The translations under genes and the position numbers were made by a program. Below the pieces are notes generated by a model. It did not search any database. It was not told where the DNA came from and saw nothing but the letters and a program-made list of their open reading frames with translations. Shown here one piece after another: positions 29,355-38,979 of a stretch of DNA of 64,000 nt (its first letter is position 1; every line of letters begins with the position of its first letter). The DNA comes from Promethearchaeota archaeon (lineage in GTDB: Archaea > Asgardarchaeota > Lokiarchaeia > Sigyniarchaeales > SOKP01). The stretch is taken from positions 128,001-192,000 of the forward strand of contig JBHLNF010000002.1 in NCBI GenBank assembly GCA_048937405.1. The letters run 5' to 3'.

Positions 29355-29870
29355 TTATTCCAAGATAACTTGGAATTCACACAAATTATCACCATCAGGT
29401 ATTCGCTTTACAGGAACTATTTTTGCATTAATCCCTAAAGCATTTATCCAACCTCTATGTCTAAAATTACAGGCACATTCATATTCATGTGCTTCTTTTG
29501 ATTTTTCTACTTCTTTCCAAATGTAGCATTTTTCAACTATTCCTGAACCTTCATTTTCAGAATTAATAATAAATTTAAATTTCATTACTTTAGGTACGAT
29601 AACATCCATAAAAGTATTCATAACTTTTATAAGTTCTGGTACTGTCTTCACCGTTCCTTTTTTGATTCCTAAAGCACTTAAAATATAGCGTGCTTCAATC
29701 TTCCCCATTGAGTAAAGCGCCTGTTGATTTAAATAATTAGCTTCTTTTATCCCATGCTTTTTTTTTGACTTTAAAAACCATTGCCCATCATGTTGGGTCC
29801 AACACATTTGTAAAATAAATTTTTGTGTTTCTAAAGGTATGTCATATTTTTCTTTTTGAACTAATTCCAT
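29355..29870 (-). CDS. DUF6125/V4R-like small-molecule-binding protein
   Basis: W.QHDGQWF, KC.IW, CAC, C.F pattern. Confidence 0.65.
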   Translation of the reverse strand: MELVQKEKYDIPLETQKFILQMCWTQHDGQWFLKSKKKHGIKEANYLNQQALYSMGKIEARYILSALGIKKGTVKTVPELIKVMNTFMDVIVPKVMKFKFIINSENEGSGIVEKCYIWKEVEKSKEAHEYECACNFRHRGWINALGINAKIVPVKRIPDGDNLCEFQVILE

Positions 29871-29981
29871 AAATTTATCATCTCAACTTCATACTTTACT
29901 TTTAATTTTTGGTATTTCTTTTTTGTTAATATTTTGACTTAAAAAGAATTCATTAAAACGTTTAAACCAAACAATCTAAAA

Positions 29982-30512
29982 TCATTGTTTATTATTCCAA
30001 TTTTTTACTTTAAGAACGATTTTACATTCATTATCACCGTCCTTAATACACGATAAGCATTCTTCCTGAATGTCTACTCCTAAAGCTTTATACCAACCTG
30101 AACGCATAGCAAAGCATCCACATTCATAGAACTCAGCAACCCCTAATTTTTGTACATTTTCAATTATTGGACATTTATCAACCATTCCCATAATTTCATT
30201 CTCAGAGACTTTTTCAAATCTGTAATAGGAATAAGGTGGGGGATAGTAAAAATTCATAGCAGCTGAAGCAATATTAAAAAATTCTTCCATATTTGTAACT
30301 TGTGTAATATTTAGAGCGTTCTTAAAGCGATACATCATCACCTTTCCGATTTCATGAATCACAGCCTTGTTGAGTTTATTACCCTTTTCCCAGCCAAATT
30401 CTTGTACTACCGCCATCTGGGCTTTAGCGTCATGTGAAATCCAATTTTTTCTTAGGATTTCAATTTTTTTTTCATTACTTATTAGCTTTATTAGATCAGT
30501 ATTTTGATTCAT
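29982..30512 (-). CDS. DUF6125/V4R-like protein, paralogue of neighbour
   Basis: WISHDA, KCP, ECGC, C..DGD.EC. Confidence 0.65.
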   Translation of the reverse strand: MNQNTDLIKLISNEKKIEILRKNWISHDAKAQMAVVQEFGWEKGNKLNKAVIHEIGKVMMYRFKNALNITQVTNMEEFFNIASAAMNFYYPPPYSYYRFEKVSENEIMGMVDKCPIIENVQKLGVAEFYECGCFAMRSGWYKALGVDIQEECLSCIKDGDNECKIVLKVKNWNNKQ

Positions 30513-30666
30513 ACATTCATATCTTTTACTATGATTTTTATTGTTTTTCGATCAAAAAAAACTTTTTTTAGGTTAAACAAATTATAATGCTTGTCAATTA
30601 TATTTCATTTTGAAAATTCCAAAATCACAACAACTTAAATTAAGTTGATACTATAGATGAAATAAA

Positions 30667-31551
30667 ATGTCTGATGAATTAATCCAAGAATTAAAAAAAT
30701 TCTTGAAAAATTCAGAACTTTCCAATTACGAGATTAATTCATATATAACGCTATTATTTTCTAATAATTTAACTGCTCGAGAGATTAGTGAGAAATCATA
30801 TGTACCTATAGGAAGGATCTATGAAATACTAGAAGATTTAAATGAAAAAGGAATGATTGAAATCCAAGATTCTCGACCAAAACTTTATCGAGCAAAACCC
30901 TTTAATATAGCAATTAAAAATCTAATTTCATATATAGACAATTTAACTAAAAGAAAAGTTAATTATCTAATTGATCAAGCTAAAGTTTTAGAGAAAGATT
31001 TATACGATTCATCTTTTTTTATCAAAAAAGATTCCTCAAGAACTTTTTGGCAAACGGCGTATGGTGTGACTTCTATCATATCAATGTATGTTAAACATCA
31101 AGATGAAATACAAGAGGAGTTATTAGTTAATAACTTTATAAATGAAAATACAATAAAAGTCCTTCCATTCGCTAAAGATTTGTTTGAAGGACTATATAAT
31201 GCTTTAAATCGTGGTGTTAATGTTAAAATTTTATGGAGTTTTGAATATGATAAAAGACCACTATTAGAAGAACAAAAAAAGAGTAATTTAGATCTTTATG
31301 ACAATTTATGTAATAAACTTGATGAACTCTATAGTTTATCAAATAATATTGAAGGATTAGAGATGAAATTTATAAATAAACGAATTCCTACCAATTACGA
31401 TATTTTTGATAAGAAAAGAATATTTATTAAACTACAGAACCCGTTAAATCCATCTCAGATTTTTGCTTGTATGAATGTATTCGATCCAAATTTGGCTGAA
31501 AAACTTAGAGATAAATTTATTCAAACATGGTTATTTGAATCGAATAAATAA
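30667..31551 (+). CDS. TrmB family transcriptional regulator
   Basis: LSNYE...TAREIS..S.VP.GRIYEIL..L..KG...SRPKLY. Confidence 0.9.
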   Translation: MSDELIQELKKFLKNSELSNYEINSYITLLFSNNLTAREISEKSYVPIGRIYEILEDLNEKGMIEIQDSRPKLYRAKPFNIAIKNLISYIDNLTKRKVNYLIDQAKVLEKDLYDSSFFIKKDSSRTFWQTAYGVTSIISMYVKHQDEIQEELLVNNFINENTIKVLPFAKDLFEGLYNALNRGVNVKILWSFEYDKRPLLEEQKKSNLDLYDNLCNKLDELYSLSNNIEGLEMKFINKRIPTNYDIFDKKRIFIKLQNPLNPSQIFACMNVFDPNLAEKLRDKFIQTWLFESNK

Positions 31552-31583
31552 AAAAAATGAGTTATTAACCAAATAAAACTATA

Positions 31584-31811
31584 TTATGCTTTTTCGATTT
31601 TTATATAGTAGTTTTCACCGTTAAGTTTAAATTCTAAAAGGTTATCATCATGTTTTTCTATATATCTTTTGATATTTTCTCCAGCTTCAGCATAATCACC
31701 GGTCACTTCTAATATATCGCCACTACTCATCTCAAGGAGTTGTCTTTTTGTCTTTGCTACAGGCATTGGGCAAACAAGATTAGAACAATCTAATTTATAT
31801 GATTCAGTCAT
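31584..31811 (-). CDS. tusA: TusA family sulfur carrier
   Basis: LDCSNLVCPMP, GDILEV. Confidence 0.88.
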   Translation of the reverse strand: MTESYKLDCSNLVCPMPVAKTKRQLLEMSSGDILEVTGDYAEAGENIKRYIEKHDDNLLEFKLNGENYYIKIEKA

Positions 31812-31832
31812 TTTACAGTCAAACCTCCTAAA

Positions 31833-32192
31833 TTAACTAAATAAAACATTATCTGCTTCTACACACATTTCAACAAATCCATTCATGGTGGTTTTTACAA
31901 TTCCTTCCATTAATTCATCTTCGACTAATCCACGTGCTTTCATGCATACTCCACAGGCTTTCACATTTGCTCCTTCAGAAATTACATCCATCATCCATTT
32001 TCCTATATTATCATAAGTACTAGGATCTTGATTTTTTTTACCTACAAAAATACCATCTTCAACAAGGAATATGTTAATCTTATGTCCTTCTAATAATGCC
32101 GTATAAGCAAATCTTAACATAGTGTATGGGCGTTCAACAGTATAACCCCCATTACCTATCACAATAGTAAAAGTCTTGTTCTTTTCCGTCAA
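31833..32192 (-). CDS. DsrE/DsrF-like protein
   Basis: IFLVEDG, ACGVCMKARG. Confidence 0.88.
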   Translation of the reverse strand: MTEKNKTFTIVIGNGGYTVERPYTMLRFAYTALLEGHKINIFLVEDGIFVGKKNQDPSTYDNIGKWMMDVISEGANVKACGVCMKARGLVEDELMEGIVKTTMNGFVEMCVEADNVLFS

Positions 32193-32282
32193 GTTAAATC
32201 ATTCTCTCATTCTTTATAATTTAAAGTTAATTATTTGGACAATTACCTTAAAAGTCGAATATTTATTAATTTTTTTATAGTA

Positions 32283-32329
32283 ATTTATCAAAAAATTCGA
32301 TAAATAAAAATATAAAAAATTCTATAAAT
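32283..32329. promoter_or_regulatory. Candidate LysR binding sites
   Basis: ATTTATC-N9-GATAAAT dyad (contains T-N11-A) at 32283-32305; AAAAAATTC[G/T]ATAAAT repeated 24 bp downstream. Confidence 0.5.
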
Positions 32330-32367
32330 TACAAAGAGAATATCAGTATTTTAATGAGTATTATTTT

Positions 32368-33264
32368 ATGAACATTGAATATATAAGAAATTTTATAAAA
32401 TTAACTCAATTTAAGAGCTTTTCTAAATTAGCAAAGGAATTATCTATTTCTCAGAGCACAATATCGCACCAAATTTCACAATTAGAAAAAAGTTTTGGTG
32501 GAATTGTATTAATTGATAGAACCACGAAGAAATTCGAATTAACTAACGCAGGTAATTTACTACTCAAATATGGGAAAAAAATAATAGATATCTATAATGA
32601 ATGTAAACTAGAAATCTATAAATTTAAAGATCATATTACCGAAAATATTATAATATCTGCTTCGACGATTCCAGGATCTCATATCTTACCTCGATATGTA
32701 GCAGACTTTAGAAATAAGAATCCAAATATTAATTTTAAGATTCTAATTAATAACTCGAAAAACTCTATTGAAAATTTAAAGAATGGTATGGCAGATTTTG
32801 CTGGAATTGGGAGTTTTATGGGTGCTAATGACAAAAATTTCGATTATATTAAAATTGGGGAAGACGAGCTAAAGTTTATTTGTTCACCTAATCACAAACT
32901 ATTAAAAGATGGCAATAATGTGAATTTTAATGAAGTTATCAAATATCCATTCGTATGGAGAGAAAAAGGTTCTGGAATGAGAAATACTTTTAGACAACAA
33001 TTTCCAGATTATAAAAAATTAAAAATTGAATTAGAAATTAATGACAATGATTCGATAATTTCTACGGTCAGTGAATCTAATTATATTAGTATAATGAGTG
33101 AAATTATGGCTGATAAAGCAGAATCTGCGGGTTTAGTTAAATTCTTGAAAATTAAAAGCTTTCCCATTATAGCTAAAAGAGATTTGTTTTTAATTAAATT
33201 AAAAGGGATACAAATGAGCAAGTTAAAATTGAAATTTTGGGATGATATAAAGTTAAAAGTTTAG
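32368..33264 (+). CDS. LysR family transcriptional regulator
   Basis: SFSK.AKEL.ISQSTISHQI..LE HTH; ASTIPG, REKGSG.R. Confidence 0.92.
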   Translation: MNIEYIRNFIKLTQFKSFSKLAKELSISQSTISHQISQLEKSFGGIVLIDRTTKKFELTNAGNLLLKYGKKIIDIYNECKLEIYKFKDHITENIIISASTIPGSHILPRYVADFRNKNPNINFKILINNSKNSIENLKNGMADFAGIGSFMGANDKNFDYIKIGEDELKFICSPNHKLLKDGNNVNFNEVIKYPFVWREKGSGMRNTFRQQFPDYKKLKIELEINDNDSIISTVSESNYISIMSEIMADKAESAGLVKFLKIKSFPIIAKRDLFLIKLKGIQMSKLKLKFWDDIKLKV

Positions 33265-33421
33265 GTAAATGATAAATTCTCCATATTCATTTTCCTCTTT
33301 CTTTATCTTTTGCAAATTTATACATAAATTGATTAAATATTTAACTTAAATGTCCAAATCTTAATAGGTTATTTAACAAAGAGGTTATTAGTTTTGATAT
33401 TTTTTTTAAACATAAGGAATA

Positions 33422-34549
33422 ATGCCTCGAAAAAAGAAAAATACTGGCTTAACAGTGAAAATGGGACCTTCCTTAGGTAGTCCCTTGAAAAATTGGCTCA
33501 AACTGATTTCTTCCAATGGATTTTTTGTCAAGTTGAAATATTATCCACGGCTTTATCTTATCTTAATAGTGAGTATTTTAGGTATTCCTTTTAGAATTTT
33601 TGAACATTGGAAATTTAGAAAGAAAATTGAATTGACAGACATAAAAGATCCTCCAATCTTCATTCTTGGACACTGGAGGAGTGGAACTACTCACTTACAT
33701 AACCTTTTAACTCAAGATCCTCAGTTTGGCTATATTTCAATGCTAGAAGCCAGCTTTCCAAAATCATTTTTAATTACAAATTTCTTTAAATTCTTCATGA
33801 ATCACTTCTTACCTAAGAAAAGACCAATGGATAATATGGAAATGGGACTTGATTTTCCCCAAGAAGAAGAAATGGCAATTAGTAATCTCATACCATTTTC
33901 ATTCTATAATGCTCTTTATTTTCCTGAAAAATTGATGGAAAATTACTATAAATACATCTGTCTTGACCAATTATCTAAGAAAGTTTTAGAAAAATGGAAA
34001 AATGCATATATCTACTTATTAAAAAAGACAACGTTAAACGTTCATGGTAAACAGCTAATTCTTAAAAATCCCGCAAATACTGCTCGTATAGGCTTATTAT
34101 TAAAATTGTTTCCAAATGCAAAATTCATTCATATTTATAGGAATCCATATGTAGTTTTCGTTTCAATGAAGAATTTCTATGAAACAACACTCAGACAATT
34201 TATGCTACAGGATATTCCAATGAGTGAAATTGAAAGATTTATACTAGTGATTTATAAAGAAATGATGGAAAAATTCTTCCAAGAAAAGCAATTAATACCA
34301 AACGAAAACCTTGTTGAAGTAAAGTTTGAAGATCTAGAAAAAGATCCACTAAATATATTGGAACGGATATATACGCATTTAAAATTAAAAGGTTTTAATA
34401 AAGTGAGAAATCGCTTTGAAAAATATCTCTTGTTATTGAAGAATTATAAAAAAAATATATATCGATTCACAACAGATAAGATAAACATTGTAAAAGAATA
34501 CTGGAATTTCACGATAAAACAATGGAATTACAAATCTCCAACTAATTAA
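33422..34549 (+). CDS. Sulfotransferase
   Basis: PIFILGHWRSGTT PAPS loop, LKNP, FIHIYRNP. Confidence 0.9.
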   Translation: MPRKKKNTGLTVKMGPSLGSPLKNWLKLISSNGFFVKLKYYPRLYLILIVSILGIPFRIFEHWKFRKKIELTDIKDPPIFILGHWRSGTTHLHNLLTQDPQFGYISMLEASFPKSFLITNFFKFFMNHFLPKKRPMDNMEMGLDFPQEEEMAISNLIPFSFYNALYFPEKLMENYYKYICLDQLSKKVLEKWKNAYIYLLKKTTLNVHGKQLILKNPANTARIGLLLKLFPNAKFIHIYRNPYVVFVSMKNFYETTLRQFMLQDIPMSEIERFILVIYKEMMEKFFQEKQLIPNENLVEVKFEDLEKDPLNILERIYTHLKLKGFNKVRNRFEKYLLLLKNYKKNIYRFTTDKINIVKEYWNFTIKQWNYKSPTN

Positions 34550-34625
34550 GTTGGTTTTTGAATTTAAATTGATATATGATTAAGGTTATTTTTAATTTCT
34601 TTTTACAAATTGATAGAAAAGAAAA

Positions 34626-36050
34626 TTATTTTATTAGAACTCCTGCTTGATCAAAGTTTAAAAAAGCACTAATTTTCTCTTTAAGTGGATAAATCCCCTC
34701 TTTGAGCAGAGTAATTAAGAAAATAGCTATGAACACAATCGATCCTAATCCTGGAGCAAAACCACTTAAAATGTCAAGAAATGTAGAGGAAGGATCCCAA
34801 GAGAACAATGTGTAAAATAACGAAATCCCCGCTATCAAAATTGGGATAAATGATATTATTGCAGCGGTTCTTTTACTAAGATTTAAATGGATTGGTCCAA
34901 GATCAAGTTTAAAATATTTTGGTTGTACCATAATAGATAAGACTGTATGGCTAATTACTTTTTCTTCAAATTCAATATAGACATTTAAAAATCTTCTCTC
35001 AGTTTCTTTTTTCTTCTTTTTTTCTTTCTTAGATTTCAAGGGCATAATGGAGAAAATCATTACTGGGGGATTAACTGCATCCTTTTTAACTTCGACCTTT
35101 CCAAATATCGGATGTACTTCAAATCCTTCACCTTGAATTTTAAGATCCAGAACAGGAGGTTCTTTCTTAGTTGTTACTATTGTAAAAGTTGTTTCATATA
35201 TTGTTTTTCCTTCTTCATCTACAATTTTTAGCTCTTTATGGGAAAAATATACATAAAACAAATAGCTCCTTTGTTCCATCATAACAGAATAATATTGAAG
35301 TCCCATATTAATTTCATATATAGTTGGTTGAGGTTCTTCGGAAACAACTGTAGTAGGTTCAGGCATTGGTTTTGGTGGAGGTGGTGGTCCTGCAAGAGTC
35401 TCCGAAGGAAGGGGTGGGGCTGGAGCAGCTGGGGGGGTTTCAGGGGGAGCAGCACCTCCCGAAGGTGGAGGCTTACTAGTAAAAAGTGCAGGTGATGGGG
35501 GAGCGCCCTCCTTTTTAATAGCTTTTGGGACTCCTTTTGACCTTCTTGATTCTTCTCTTTCTTTAACATCTCTTTTAAATAATTCTTCTGCTTCATCTAC
35601 TTCCTCTAAGTATTTTGCATCATCTACTTCTGAGGAAAGGATTTCGTATTCTTCATCATATGTTTCTTCATCTTCCATCTCAAAAACTCCATCTATCAGT
35701 TTTTCAGTAGCTTTTAATTTTTTTTTAGACTTTCCCTTCTTTTCTTCAGATTTTTCCTCTTTTTTTACTGACTTCTTTTTCTTTGATACTTTTAAATTTT
35801 TCAATTTTTTTATTTCAGGAATTCTCGTATTGGTAACAAAATCTATAAAATATATATCACTGCGATTCAGTTGAGTTTCTTTGAAAGATGAATAAATATC
35901 ATCTAGCACTTTAGCTATCCTTGTTGATTTTTTATATGTACCAACAAACATGAAATCTAGTATCTCTATAGATAGAATATTAGTTTTATAATCATAGAAT
36001 ATTCTATTGGTCGGAATTTCAAGACTAGAAACACTTTTCAATGATTCCAA
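34626..36050 (-). CDS. Membrane-anchored protein with basic, acidic and proline-rich low-complexity regions
   Basis: Lys-rich, Glu/Asp-rich and PPPPP segments; two C-terminal TM helices. Confidence 0.75.
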   Translation of the reverse strand: MESLKSVSSLEIPTNRIFYDYKTNILSIEILDFMFVGTYKKSTRIAKVLDDIYSSFKETQLNRSDIYFIDFVTNTRIPEIKKLKNLKVSKKKKSVKKEEKSEEKKGKSKKKLKATEKLIDGVFEMEDEETYDEEYEILSSEVDDAKYLEEVDEAEELFKRDVKEREESRRSKGVPKAIKKEGAPPSPALFTSKPPPSGGAAPPETPPAAPAPPLPSETLAGPPPPPKPMPEPTTVVSEEPQPTIYEINMGLQYYSVMMEQRSYLFYVYFSHKELKIVDEEGKTIYETTFTIVTTKKEPPVLDLKIQGEGFEVHPIFGKVEVKKDAVNPPVMIFSIMPLKSKKEKKKKKETERRFLNVYIEFEEKVISHTVLSIMVQPKYFKLDLGPIHLNLSKRTAAIISFIPILIAGISLFYTLFSWDPSSTFLDILSGFAPGLGSIVFIAIFLITLLKEGIYPLKEKISAFLNFDQAGVLIK

Positions 36051-36274
36051 TTTCTAACTAACCTCTTTTTCTTAATGGTATGTTATTTTATTTGTTATAA
36101 TAAAGAATAATCTTTTTATAAGTTTTTATTATGATATTATCCCTAATATAGTTTTCAAGTTTGTTATTATAAACCATATCATGAAGAATGAATTAATCGC
36201 ATTAAAATCCAAGTGATTTTTCTATAATTTATTAATAATCCAAATACAATACACATAAATAACAAAAAATAATT

Positions 36275-37846
36275 GTGATAAATTTGGAAAGAAAATATAT
36301 ATTAACTCATGATTTAGGAACATCTGGTAATAAGGCGGCTCTATTCGATGTAAATCTAAATTTAGTTGCTCAAACAAAGAAAGATTACCCGTTACTTTAC
36401 CCAAAAACAGGTTGGGCAGAACAAAAACCAGAAGATTATTGGAATGCAGTAAAGGATGCCACTACAACATTGATTCAAGATCAAAATATAGATGTTGGTG
36501 AAATATTAGCATTAACCTTTGATTGTCAAATGAATTGCACGATACCTATTGACGATAATGGAACAGCTTTAATGAATTCTATTAGCTGGTTAGATACACG
36601 CGCAGCTTCTATAACACGGAAATTTTCAAAAGGTTTAATAAAAATATCTGGTTACGGACTAAAAACTCTACTCATGTTTTTAAAAATCACAGGAGGAGCT
36701 CCAGGCTTTAATGGAAAAGATCCTATTTCTCATATTTTATGGTTAAAAGAAAACAATTCGGAATTATATGATAAAACTTACAAATACTTAAGTGTAAAAG
36801 ATTATATTATCTATAAATGTACCAGAAGAGCTGTAACCTCAAGAGATTTAGGTAATACGGCTTGGATGATGGATAGTACTCCTGACAAATTTGAGTGGTC
36901 TGATAAGATAATAAATAAATTTAAAATTGATAAAGAAAAACTCCCTGAGATAAGGAAGTCTACGGAAATTGCAGGAGAATTAACTATTGAAGCTTCTAAA
37001 GAACTAAATTTAAAAGCGGGAATTCCTGTTTTTGTAGGTTCTGGTGATTTGACTTCAGCAGCATTAGGTTCAGGTGCAATTAAAACTAATAAATTAATCA
37101 TATGTTTAGGGACAGCAGATTGGGTTGCAGCCCATACCTCAAAAAGAGTAAAAGACCTTTATCATTATACAGGTTGCATAAGTTCTGCTCAAGAAAATTA
37201 TTTATGTATATCAAAGCAAGAAACAGGTGCTAAATGTCTTGATTGGGCAATATTGCAGATTTTTAGAAGTGAGAGAGGTGAATTTATAGATAATTCTGAT
37301 TTTTTATATCCATATTTAGATTCACTTACTGAAAAAGCAGAAGTTGGTTCCAAAAATCTTATTTTTACACCTTGGATGTTTGGTGAAAGAAGTCCTATCA
37401 ATAATCCAAATATTAGAGGAGGTTTCTATAATTTGAGTCTTGAACATACAAGAGAAAATATTTTAAGATCAGTTTATGAGGGGGTCGCATTTAATATAAA
37501 ATGGGCTTTAATTTATATAGAGAAATTAGTAGGTAAATCAACTGAGATAAATTGTATTGGAGGGGGAGCAAAATCTGAAGTTTGGTGTCAAATTCTAGCA
37601 GATATACTTGAACGGAAGATTCTTCAAATGGAGACTCCAGATTTAGCTGCAGCAAAAGGCTCTGCAATAATATCAATGGTGGGGATGAAGGTTTTAAATG
37701 AGTTTTCGGATGCTGTACCACTGATTAAAGTTAAAAAAATATTTTACCCTAATATAGAAAACAAAAATATCTATGATAAATTATTTAATGAATATTGTAA
37801 AATATATGGAAGAAATAGAAAAATGTTTATGAAGCTAAATCCCTAA
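36275..37846 (+). CDS. FGGY-family carbohydrate kinase (xylulokinase-like)
   Basis: HDLGTSGNK, GWAEQ, SWLDTR, GERSP, GGGAKS. Confidence 0.9.
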   Translation: MINLERKYILTHDLGTSGNKAALFDVNLNLVAQTKKDYPLLYPKTGWAEQKPEDYWNAVKDATTTLIQDQNIDVGEILALTFDCQMNCTIPIDDNGTALMNSISWLDTRAASITRKFSKGLIKISGYGLKTLLMFLKITGGAPGFNGKDPISHILWLKENNSELYDKTYKYLSVKDYIIYKCTRRAVTSRDLGNTAWMMDSTPDKFEWSDKIINKFKIDKEKLPEIRKSTEIAGELTIEASKELNLKAGIPVFVGSGDLTSAALGSGAIKTNKLIICLGTADWVAAHTSKRVKDLYHYTGCISSAQENYLCISKQETGAKCLDWAILQIFRSERGEFIDNSDFLYPYLDSLTEKAEVGSKNLIFTPWMFGERSPINNPNIRGGFYNLSLEHTRENILRSVYEGVAFNIKWALIYIEKLVGKSTEINCIGGGAKSEVWCQILADILERKILQMETPDLAAAKGSAIISMVGMKVLNEFSDAVPLIKVKKIFYPNIENKNIYDKLFNEYCKIYGRNRKMFMKLNP

Positions 37847-38837
37847 AAAAGGATCTAAAGATTTGTATTTCTTCTTTAATATCCTTTGATTTTTCAATTT
37901 CCCTATTTTGTTTAATAATTTTAGTAATAGCATCTTTAATTATATCCATATCTTTATATGCCTTAGGATTCTCATAAGTTTGTTTTTCTATATCTCCTTC
38001 CCAAGGCTTTAATTTAGGAGAAGATTCAATATATCTGAGATTCCATTTAATTTTTGCTTTATATTCTTCAGTTAAAGGTTTTAAATTAATTTCATCCCAT
38101 CTTTGAATCACCCAAGGAGCATAGTTATGAAGTTTGTCAAAATCAAATTCCAGCTCATTTTTCCATTCATACTGATGTTCCCAATTTCCAGTAGCAATAT
38201 GGTTTTCAAATCCAAATTCTTCAAATGGGAAAAATTTCCAAGTACTTCGATTTATCTCTTGATCTTTAAAAGGACGATCCTCTGCATTTAAAAAAAAATA
38301 ACCTATCTTTTCTATGGTGATCTGATCTTCTCGGTTTATTTTAAGATAAATCTCAATTTGAGTTATATCTATTCTGCTATTCATAATTTCCTCCTGATAT
38401 AACTTATAAATTATATTTAAAGCTTCGTTTGGATGGCATTTTCCCGAAAAAATTGGATAATAAGTAAAACAATAATGATCGTATACCCCTTCGGATTTTC
38501 CTTTATAGATTTCAACCCAACACTCTAAAGGTTTAATATAAACATTAGATTTAATAACATTGAAAATTAATAGTACATCAGATACAATTAAGACTACTAT
38601 AACTATAACAAATAATGTTAAACTAAAATAAATTGATGCTAGGAAATACGTGAGTGCGATGAAGATTAATAAAAAACCAGCTATAAAAAAGAAAGCTATT
38701 AAAGAGTTATAAGCTTCATGCTCTTTATCTTTTTTAGAATACATAATATCTGGAGCATTATCAATTAAAATTTTATTCCCAAAATTGTTTATGAATTGTT
38801 TAAAATCAACTTTCCTCCACTCAGAACTAGTCATCAT
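37827..38837 (-). CDS. Hypothetical membrane protein (2 TM)
   Basis: Long ORF, two N-terminal hydrophobic helices. Confidence 0.65.
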   Translation of the reverse strand: MMTSSEWRKVDFKQFINNFGNKILIDNAPDIMYSKKDKEHEAYNSLIAFFFIAGFLLIFIALTYFLASIYFSLTLFVIVIVVLIVSDVLLIFNVIKSNVYIKPLECWVEIYKGKSEGVYDHYCFTYYPIFSGKCHPNEALNIIYKLYQEEIMNSRIDITQIEIYLKINREDQITIEKIGYFFLNAEDRPFKDQEINRSTWKFFPFEEFGFENHIATGNWEHQYEWKNELEFDFDKLHNYAPWVIQRWDEINLKPLTEEYKAKIKWNLRYIESSPKLKPWEGDIEKQTYENPKAYKDMDIIKDAITKIIKQNREIEKSKDIKEEIQIFRSFFRDLAS

Positions 38838-38979
38838 AAAAACGAATAAATTTCTATTTATATAAATTTGATTTAATCTGTTTAAAATATTAATATTTTT
38901 TAAATACTAGCAATTGAATAGATAAATAATTAATTTTATACTCCTTGAAATTTTTAATTGAGATAGTTCATTATAGATA

